A stretch of DNA of 15,519 nt. Source: Candidatus Thorarchaeota archaeon SMTZ1-45. Lineage in GTDB: Archaea; Asgardarchaeota; Thorarchaeia; Thorarchaeales; Thorarchaeaceae. The DNA lies in assembly GCA_001563335.1 (NCBI GenBank), contig LRSL01000080.1, positions 1-15,519 on the forward strand, given 5' to 3'. The notes beneath the pieces are model-generated. The model saw only the letters and a program-made list of their open reading frames with translations, was not told the origin of the DNA and did not search any database. Both the position numbers and the translations under genes were made by a program. This document shows, piece by piece, positions 1 to 7,900 of the stretch; within the stretch, counting starts at the first letter, position 1; each line of letters begins with the position of its first letter.

Positions 1-531
1 CTCAGCGCTATAATTGCGTCTACTCTCAATAGATTGCGATGTGAGAAATTCATGCATCCAATCAAGATCCTCTTGCATGAGCCAAGTACTAATGCCAAAA
101 TTGCCGCCAGATTTTAAGAGTCGGCATATGGACGCCATCAGATCGTCTGGTTTTTTGTATTCAAGCGTCTTAAAATCAAAATAGTCATCCCAACCAATAA
201 ATCCTGCTGTGACACAATCAAATGAATGCTCTTCAAAATTAGTTTCACGGGCATCCATGAAATGCACTTCTGCATTTTTTATTTTACATCTCTTGATCTC
301 TGAATTGGTTGTTCTTGCACAATGCTCACATGTTTCAACACCAATGACATAACCAGCTTCTCCAACTCTCCTTGCGAGAGGATATAACACTGAGCCACCA
401 CCAGTACCAATATCTAAAATCCTCTCGCCCTTTTTAATATCGAGGAGGGTCACCAGATTCTCACCAAAGATGTCCCAAAATCCACCCCATGTCTTTGGTT
501 CCAATTCACTTTTTGAAGAAGAACTACTCAA
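1..531 (-). CDS. Class I SAM-dependent methyltransferase (UbiE/Methyltransf_11/25-like), 3' end truncated by window edge
   Basis: Not in the ORF track; translated by hand. TTG at 531 follows GAGGTG (538-543). Open to base 1: MSSSSSKSELEPKTWGGFWDIFGENLVTLLDIKKGERILDIGTGGGSVLYPLARRVGEAGYVIGVETCEHC...HFMDARETNFEEHSFDCVTAG...ICRLLKSGGNFGISTW. Contains motif I (ILDIGTGGG), an acidic residue after beta2, SFDCV and LKSGG. Confidence 0.9.
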   Translation of the reverse strand, partial: MSSSSSKSELEPKTWGGFWDIFGENLVTLLDIKKGERILDIGTGGGSVLYPLARRVGEAGYVIGVETCEHCARTTNSEIKRCKIKNAEVHFMDARETNFEEHSFDCVTAGFIGWDDYFDFKTLEYKKPDDLMASICRLLKSGGNFGISTWLMQEDLDWMHEFLTSQSIESRRNYSAE

Positions 532-661
532 CCAAAGCACCTCTGTGGTATCTTCATGTTTGAATACTATTATACATTGGATGTGCGCAAATCTGCCTGA
601 AGGGTAAGAAGCTGCGTTGAACCTTATCTTAAATACAATGCTTCATGTTTCATTTTGAAAC

Positions 662-1462
662 ATGAGTCCTTCAAATAAACCCCAAACTATTGTTATTATC
701 ACAATCTTGATTGCTATCATGGGTGTAGGAGCTTTTGCTGGATATACACTCTTAAACACACCCTCATCGCCTCCTGAAGATTTCACAATCATTCTAACTG
801 TTCTTGACAATGCTGGTGTGATGATTGAAGCTGATGGAATGAGAATCTACATTGATCCTATCAATCTGCCATCGAGTTACTCTTCACTCCCTGCTGATGC
901 TGTTTTGATCACACACCCTCATGGTGACCATTACAACAGCACGTATATAGAGATGCTACAGAAGACAACAACTGTGAGCATCTTTCCAAATAACATGTCA
1001 TCAGAAATCGCATTACATGATGGCGTAGGTATTAACCCTCTTGATAGTGTCCAGGTGGGAGGAATCAACATAACTGCCTACTACATGTATACCGAGGTCT
1101 GGGTTGATGATGTTAGGTATGCAAGTCATCCTCCTGAAGCAAACTGGACAAGCTTCATTGTTGATATTAATGGATTCAAGATATTTCATGCTGGTGACTC
1201 TAAGAACATCACTGAATATGAACAGATCTCAGGACTGATGGATGTGGTTCTGCTACCACTCGGTCCAGGATGTCAGGCGATGACTGGTCTAGAGGTCGTA
1301 GATGCTATTGCGAAATTACAACCCAAATATTTCGTACCTATACACACAACAAATCTCAATGCAGAAATCTTTGTAGGCGCCTACACTGATGAGATACAAG
1401 AGTGTTCAGACTGCGTTCCAATCTGGATTAGGCACTTTGAATCCTATACATTTGAGCCCTGA
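662..1462 (+). CDS. Membrane-anchored metallo-beta-lactamase-fold hydrolase (UPF0173/Lactamase_B_3-like)
   Basis: N-terminal TM helix (IVIITILIAIMGVGAFAGYTLL) and a Pro/Ser linker, then IYIDP, THPHGDH (HxHxDH), SHP, FHAGDS and VPIH metal-binding motifs. Confidence 0.88.
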   Translation: MSPSNKPQTIVIITILIAIMGVGAFAGYTLLNTPSSPPEDFTIILTVLDNAGVMIEADGMRIYIDPINLPSSYSSLPADAVLITHPHGDHYNSTYIEMLQKTTTVSIFPNNMSSEIALHDGVGINPLDSVQVGGINITAYYMYTEVWVDDVRYASHPPEANWTSFIVDINGFKIFHAGDSKNITEYEQISGLMDVVLLPLGPGCQAMTGLEVVDAIAKLQPKYFVPIHTTNLNAEIFVGAYTDEIQECSDCVPIWIRHFESYTFEP

Positions 1463-1480
1463 AATTCGAACCAATATGAT

Positions 1481-1508
1481 GAGTTGGCTTATTTAACGAT
1501 GCCAACTC
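1481..1508 (+). terminator. Stem-loop downstream of the MBL hydrolase gene
   Basis: GAGTTGGC (1481-1488), 12-nt loop, GCCAACTC (1501-1508): a perfect 8-bp stem 18 nt after the stop, followed by T-rich sequence. Confidence 0.45.
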
Positions 1509-1583
1509 TCAATTCTATTTCATTCTTCTGTAGGAAGAAATCATAGACTAACCAAACAATTGTGAAAGACACCGATCGTATAG

Positions 1584-1853
1584 AAGCTCTTTCTCTTTGT
1601 TCTCCTTAACAATCACACAACTCTGAAAGCAACGAAGCTTGGTAAAAAACCCAATGAAGTTGGTTCTGCACTCTACAACCTTGCATGTTACAACTACTCT
1701 GCTGATAAATTCGATGAAGCACTAGAATATCTTGATAGAGCATTTCAAAAGGATGAATCAATGAAAGAGTGGGCTCGTTAGGATATCGACCTTGAAGTCA
1801 TAAAATCAGATGAACGATTTCAAAAGTTGTTAAAATCTAAATATCTCAAATAA
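1584..1853 (+). pseudogene. Remnant of a TPR-containing gene (YNLAC-type C-terminal TPR), no start codon, in-frame TAG
   Basis: Hand translation from 1623: LKATKLGKKPNEVGSALYNLACYNYSADKFDEALEYLDRAFQKDESMKEWAR*DIDLEVIKSDERFQKLLKSKYLK*. It matches the YNLAC...EAL..L..A.......A..D.DL..I..D.RF..L TPR-end pattern. TAG at 1779-1781; upstream in-frame stops at 1563 and 1581. Confidence 0.75.
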
Positions 1854-2275
1854 AGGGAGAGTGGCCGAGCATATTGCACAGCCAATGCCGCTCCTATGGT
1901 TATCTCTATCGAGATGAATGACATGTGCCTTACCTCTGGAAGGAGGCTCTATAAACTTCAACACGGACTTGTGACTTGAATTGTTGGAACTCCTTCAGAT
2001 CTGGTTCAACACTGATTTTTTTCCTAATCTTTGCGAATGCCAATTTAGTTACACCGAGATATTCCTCAACGAAATAGGATATCTATTCGTGTGTACATCT
2101 TGGTGTTTTTTCTTACCCGCGGCACATCGTTTTATGTAAAAATCGGAAATGACTAGTTCCGATTTCTGCAAGTCTGATTTGAAATCAGATCATGGTTGAA
2201 ACACGTTCAAATTGGAATGATATTTCTGAGCCTGTGTTTGGAAGTCTTGCGAATAGGAACAAGTGTGCATATGAA

Positions 2276-3073
2276 TCATCCAAGAGTTTCCACACGCACT
2301 CTAGGAATGGGTAAAGGTTTCCTTTTATGTTCTGAATTCTTCATCATCTTGAGAGCTTTTTTAACTTTGATTTTGTCAATACCCCACTCAACTATCTCTC
2401 CCTCACTCATGTCCCTCTCGAGACACAGGTAGAGTATACTGTCTAGTTCTGCATAGGATATCCCAATTTCTCCTTCATCAGTCTGACCTTTCCAGAGACC
2501 AGCCGAAGGTACTTTTTCTATGATTTTTTTGGGAATTCCCATAAAACGCGATAGACTCCATACGTTCTCTTTATACAAATCCCCAATAGGAAGAATATCT
2601 GTGCCACCGTCTCCATACTTTGTGAAGTATCCTATCATCAACTCTGTTTTGTTACCTGTTCCTAAGACAAGAAGATTCTCTTGATTTGCTCTAGCATACC
2701 ATGCTACCATCCTTAACCGAGCTGCGAGATTCCCGAGTGCTACACCATCAAGTGATAAAGAGTCATATGCGGCTATAGCCCCTTTAAGCTCAAACAGCTC
2801 ATGTTTCATTTGTAGGGCTTCAGCTAGATCAACTGCATCCGCAATGTTTTCTGCATCTTTCTTTGCATCTACAGGTAGCATAATACCATGAACTCTCTCA
2901 GGTCCTATTGCTTCGCAGGCTAAGGTGGCAACAAGACTTGAATCAATGCCGCCACTCAAGCCCAAGATTACCCCCCTAACCCTAGCCTGAGATACATAGT
3001 CTTTGATAAAGTTAACAATTATTTCCCTCGGTCTTTCAAAATCATCAAACTTGAGTCCATCTGGGAGTTCCAT
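2276..3073 (-). CDS. nadE: NH3-dependent NAD+ synthetase
   Basis: PP-loop GLSGGIDSS, GNLAARLRM, GTGNKTE, GYFTKYGDG, PSAGLWKGQTDE and SEHKR motifs. No glutaminase domain. Confidence 0.97.
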   Translation of the reverse strand: MELPDGLKFDDFERPREIIVNFIKDYVSQARVRGVILGLSGGIDSSLVATLACEAIGPERVHGIMLPVDAKKDAENIADAVDLAEALQMKHELFELKGAIAAYDSLSLDGVALGNLAARLRMVAWYARANQENLLVLGTGNKTELMIGYFTKYGDGGTDILPIGDLYKENVWSLSRFMGIPKKIIEKVPSAGLWKGQTDEGEIGISYAELDSILYLCLERDMSEGEIVEWGIDKIKVKKALKMMKNSEHKRKPLPIPRVRVETLG

Positions 3074-3168
3074 TCAGATCCCTCACTACTGAAATCCACT
3101 AAGTCCTTTTGTAGATTACTTGAGTGGCAATGCCTGCCACGAGCAATATATTCTGGCAAAATCTCATC

Positions 3169-3861
3169 CTATGCTCCAAGTAGTAATGTTTCAATCAAGA
3201 AAAAGAAGAATGATGTATTACCAATATAGAAAATCATCACAGCGAATGCACCAGCAAGCTTCATCCAGATTTTCTTATCTTTGATGATTTTGTAGGAAAT
3301 GAAAGTAGAAAGACCTAGGAAAAGCTCTGGGATGATGATATACCATGCAAGGTTTCCAGTCATGCCGCTCACAGTGGCTGACCATGACGGGAGATAGACA
3401 AGGGTTAATTCAGCGAGCACAAATATCAGGACAGTGAGTATAGATACAACGATGAACGCTAGTTTTCCAGATTTTCTCTGCTGAACTTGAACTCCTGTGA
3501 ACACAATTATGAAGAATGGCATTGTCCAAAGTCCAGCCATGTAAATGGGAATAGCTCCACCAATCATTGGGAATCCGTCAACTGGAAATTGAAGAGCTCC
3601 AAGTGTTTCAGAGAGATACCAGTCAGGAAACACCATTAAAAGACTCAGAATGAACGAGAATGTCCAGATACTCATCCATTCTTCAAATCCAATCCGTAAT
3701 CCCTGAAGCATCACCAATCCGTTGTAGATTATGACAACGATTAGTAACTTTGCACTGATTGGAGCTGTAACCGGTATCAAGAGTGTCATAGCTGTGAGAA
3801 TTGCAAAGATGATGTGAGTTACAAAGAACTCTCTAACTGATTTATCCCTCAGTATTTGCAT
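3169..3861 (-). CDS. Integral membrane protein (~7 TM), resembling the DUF6989 family
   Basis: About seven hydrophobic helices and a conserved-looking core PDWYLSETLGALQFP..GFPMIGG.IPIYMAGLWTMPFF. The family name is from recall, not a search. Confidence 0.75.
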   Translation of the reverse strand: MQILRDKSVREFFVTHIIFAILTAMTLLIPVTAPISAKLLIVVIIYNGLVMLQGLRIGFEEWMSIWTFSFILSLLMVFPDWYLSETLGALQFPVDGFPMIGGAIPIYMAGLWTMPFFIIVFTGVQVQQRKSGKLAFIVVSILTVLIFVLAELTLVYLPSWSATVSGMTGNLAWYIIIPELFLGLSTFISYKIIKDKKIWMKLAGAFAVMIFYIGNTSFFFFLIETLLLGA

Positions 3862-3898
3862 GACCTTCTTCTTTCCTGAGTCCCAACAAACCTCGCGA

Positions 3899-3913
3899 CC
3901 TATAAACTATAGG
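3899..3913. promoter_or_regulatory. TATA-containing palindrome in a divergent promoter region
   Basis: CCTATA-AAC-TATAGG (6-3-6 inverted repeat), containing TTTATA on the minus strand about 40 nt upstream of the ATG at 3861. Confidence 0.35.
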
Positions 3914-4006
3914 GGACAAATCATGCCAAGACTTATCTTTTCTCAGGCTGGTAAATCGCCGAAGCTATGGTTTAGACCAATAGCACGCTAATACGAGGAG
4001 ATTCAA

Positions 4007-4900
4007 TTGTCAGAAAAAATAGGGCAGTTAGATCTAGTTTTTGTTGTTGACAATACTGGATCTATGGGACCATATATTAACACAGTGAAGACCAAGATTC
4101 TAGAAATCATTCGCACAATCAAAAAGGAGGAGTTATGTCACAGACTTAGGGTAGGTCTTGTATCGTACAGAGATCATCCTCCCGAAGAAACATCTTATGT
4201 CACACAGAAATATGAGCTATCACCTGATACAACAAAGATTGAAAGCTATGTAATGCAAATGGATGCATCTGGCGGCGGAGATGGTCCAGAGGCTGTATCA
4301 ACCGCTCTTCAAGTAATGAATAAGATGGAGTTCCTAAACGAGTCAGCTAAGATAGCTGTTTTGATAGGAGATGCTCCGCCTCATGGAGTTGAGCCTGGAG
4401 ACCGTTGGCCCCGGGGCACACCAGATGGTGCAAAGTGGTCTGAGGAGGCAAAGAGAGCCTTTGGAAGGGGAATTGTTATTCATACCGTAGGATGCTTTCC
4501 AGAAATTGCAGGCTATGAGAATGCAGTGAAGACTTACGAAAGAATTGCTGCTGACTCTCAAGGAAGATTTTTCCCCCTTGAGAAAGCTGATCTCCTTGTC
4601 AATATTATAACAGGAATTGCTCTGGAAGAGATCGACAAACTAGCAATTCAGAAGACAATTCTCGAAGATATGGGTGTCAGTGTGGATGATTTCCCTGCTG
4701 ATGAGGAATTCACTGAGGAGAAGATATCAGAGATTGTTGCTAAGGTTCAAGCAAAAGGTGTAAAGAAACGTGCAATGGCTGAAAGGCCAGCAAGTACACC
4801 TGCCATGGCTAAGGAAGACTTGAGAATGGAAGAGCAAGAGATAGATGAAGCTGACATCCGTGAGGCTGTACGACAGCTGAAATCCAAATCACGAAAATAA
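4007..4900 (+). CDS. von Willebrand factor A (vWA) domain protein, VwkA/hemicentin-like subtype, cytoplasmic
   Basis: TTG start preceded by GAGGAG. MIDAS DLVFVVDNTGSM, plus LRVGLVSYRDHPP, ASGGGDGPEAV and LIGDAPPHG. Charged helical C-terminus; no signal peptide. Confidence 0.92.
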   Translation: MSEKIGQLDLVFVVDNTGSMGPYINTVKTKILEIIRTIKKEELCHRLRVGLVSYRDHPPEETSYVTQKYELSPDTTKIESYVMQMDASGGGDGPEAVSTALQVMNKMEFLNESAKIAVLIGDAPPHGVEPGDRWPRGTPDGAKWSEEAKRAFGRGIVIHTVGCFPEIAGYENAVKTYERIAADSQGRFFPLEKADLLVNIITGIALEEIDKLAIQKTILEDMGVSVDDFPADEEFTEEKISEIVAKVQAKGVKKRAMAERPASTPAMAKEDLRMEEQEIDEADIREAVRQLKSKSRK

Positions 4901-4907
4901 TAATTTA

Positions 4908-4935
4908 GGTGTCGCTTGAAGCGGTGCTACTTTTT
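4908..4935 (+). terminator. Probable terminator between the convergent vWA and giant-protein genes
   Basis: GGTGTCGCT-TGA-AGCGGTGCT is a G-U-rich hairpin that pairs well only as the + strand RNA, followed by TTTTT (4931-4935). Confidence 0.45.
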
Positions 4936-4987
4936 CATTAAACAGACCATCGTCTATGAATGAAAGCATATTGGCTCTAAAGAGTTA

Positions 4988-7900
4988 TTAACTCTCCTCA
5001 TCATCACTACTCTTCGATCCCATCTCTTCGAGTTCTAATAGAGCCTCAAGCTGATCCTTTGAAAGCTTCTTCAGTTCATCTTTGCCAATTGATTCTTTCA
5101 CTTTTTCTGGAAGTTGTTCAATGAGCTCTTTTTTACTTAGACGTCTGCTTTCCTCTGATTCTTTGACCTCTTCCTCTATTTCGAATTCTTCTTCTATTAG
5201 AGGTGTTTCTGTAATCTCAGACTCGAGATCTGCATCAGGCTCGAAATACGATCCTACATCAAATGAGGTGTCAGTTACAACAGCCTCATCTGCAATTTCA
5301 ACAAGTGTCTTGTCATCATCATGTTTCTCCCGTCTGCTACGAGATACACTTGTGATACCTTTCGCCATCTTTGAGGAAACATACGGGACAACCACCAAGA
5401 ATACAACAGGCATAAGAACGATGACACCCAGAGAATAGCTCTTCAGGAAATCCATTGTTAATACAGATGTGCCCGCCAATACTACGAGGAACATGAAGAA
5501 TTTCGTACGGATTGATGAACCTAGCTTTTCTACTAAATCCACACATTCTTGCTCAACAACGATCGGAGGTGTACCAAGTACAGCCATCTCTTTGATTCGT
5601 GAGAGTCCCTTACTTATTTCTCTGTAGAGGTTGACAACAACTATCACAATCGATGAGATGTAGGCTGCAAAGATTGTTAGCATTATGGTTGGAACCGTGA
5701 GTTCACCAAGGTGGAATACATTCTGTAACACATAGAAATCAAGCCATTCTATATGTTGTCCCCAATCGAATATCTGAATGATGACAAGTGGGACAAATAT
5801 CAAGTGCCACAGACCAAGGACCATCCTTCTCCTGCTCACAGCTTGTGATTGAAGAATAGTTGATGTAGCATCTCTGTATAGCCAAATGCCATACAAGATT
5901 AATGAAATCCCAAGTAGCAGAACACTCTCCAGTACAGCGAGGTTATAATCAGCAGCCCCGGCTGACGCATACGAATGAACGAGGGTCAAAGCTGCTAAGC
6001 CAACTACGCCAAGATAGAGATAGTCTAATCTTCTGAGACCTCGGATAAGTTGTTCTTGGGATCCTCTTGTAATTGAGAGGCCAGATGCAATCTTAAAGTA
6101 TAGAAGTAACCCGATGAAGCTAACGAGGAACGACCCTAACGCAAGTACTCCAAAGTTCTCCATATTTAGTGTAAGCTGCGGTGCTGGTACAATGACATAT
6201 GCAGGTACACTTCCAACTCCTGCAATGCATGTGACGCCTTCCGCACTTACAATGATAGAATCCTCACCAAATCCTACTCCTGTAACAATGAAACTCACAA
6301 AATATGTTCCTTTTTGTGATGTTTCTATTGCCACTTCTGTGTGATTGCGAAATGTCACATAGACTGAAAGACCAGACATAGGATTCCCATATTTGTCTGT
6401 AATCTCGATAGTGATGTTTACGAGCTCTCCCTTTACAGGCTGTTCAGGGGAATATTCAATATTGAAACGTAGCTCTGCAAGTATCTCGATAGACCCTCGA
6501 ATTGTTGCATCTTGGGATAAGAAACTATGAGCTACCATCAATGTGTAATTGAATATGCCTGCAGCCCAACCATCAGTTGATACCACTATCGAGTAGGTTC
6601 CATTTCCAAAGTCATTTAGGATATAGAATGAATCATGGATTAGGACTGAAACTGATCCCCCAATCATTACATTCCCAATCATATCTTCAAGGTTCAGAGT
6701 GAACAAGATGTCTTCCGTACCCTGAATATATTGAGTGTCATCAATTGGTGATATTACTGAGGTGATTGTATCACTCCATACACTTACATTCACGAGATGC
6801 TTTTCAACTGGAAAATGCACTCCAGAAACGGTGACATTGAGAACATATGACCCAGGCACAAGGTCTGGGAGTATTCTCCAAGATTTTAGAGAAGATGTAG
6901 ATGTACCAGATATTGTATATACGCCACCAAAATCAAAAATGTAATCATAGACATAGATTGGATTTCCCCATTGGTCAACAACACTAATGTCAAATGTCAC
7001 ATTCTCGTAGTTCAAAACTGTGTTTGGATTTGTTTGGACTGTGATGTGAGCACTACCCGTGATTGAGAAGTGCACATAGGCTGTGTACGTGTCCATGAAT
7101 CCTTGGGATGCTGTGATTTTCACTGTGTATTCTCCAAGTGGTAACTGTGTTGTGGAAATTGTCACAGTATAGATGCCTGGAGAAGTTTCCGTTAATGCGA
7201 AAGTACTACCAAGTAAGTCGAGTTCAACATCTGCTCCTGTAATGTTGAAGAATAGCTCATCCTGCACGTGCACAGTGAACTGAATTGGAGTTCCCTGAGA
7301 AAATGCAGAATAATCTGTTGGTGTAAGAATGCTTGCTGAAACTACTCCCTGAACATCAATGCTGAAGCTGAATGTTGAATGTAGTAAGTAAGTTCCATTG
7401 AGAGTCATGTTTAGAAAGTACTTGCCTGGTGTGAAGCTTGGGTCAACAGTCCAAGAGAATCTATAGTTTAATGCAGTTCCAGTTTGATTATATACTCCTG
7501 CAAAGTCCAAAGTATAATTGAAACCTGACAATGGGTTTCCATATTGGTCAGTCACAGTGAAATTGAATGTAACATCGTCCTTGTTTTGAACCGGGAATGG
7601 AGAATATGACAGCTTGACATCAGCGTAGCCTTCAAGTGATACAACCATCTGTATCTCTTGTGAGCTGAGATAAGTGTGAGTCACTCTGATTAATGGAATA
7701 TACTGCCCCAGTGGGAATCCTGCTGTTGGGATATTCCTAGTGTAAATTCCAGGAGCGCTTTCAGTCAGAAGATAACTGCTTCCATGGATTGTAACACTTA
7801 CTTGGCAACCTGATATATCATAACTAGCAAGGTCTTCCACAAAGACTGTGAAGTTTATCTGATCACCCTGTGCAATTATTGAGTTATTCAATGGAGATGG

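Noticed and set aside
5375-5460. 7TM domain as a microbial rhodopsin
   Set aside because: No DxxxK retinal-binding lysine within TM7.
5868-5882. YRD at the end of TM3, reminiscent of the class A GPCR DRY motif
   Set aside because: Reversed order, only three residues, and no NPxxY or CWxP motif; not evidence of homology.
6155-6300. GAIN/GPS autoproteolysis site before TM1, as in adhesion GPCRs
   Set aside because: No C-x-C-x-H-L-(T/S) motif; the last Ig-like domain runs straight into TM1, so only architectural analogy is claimed.
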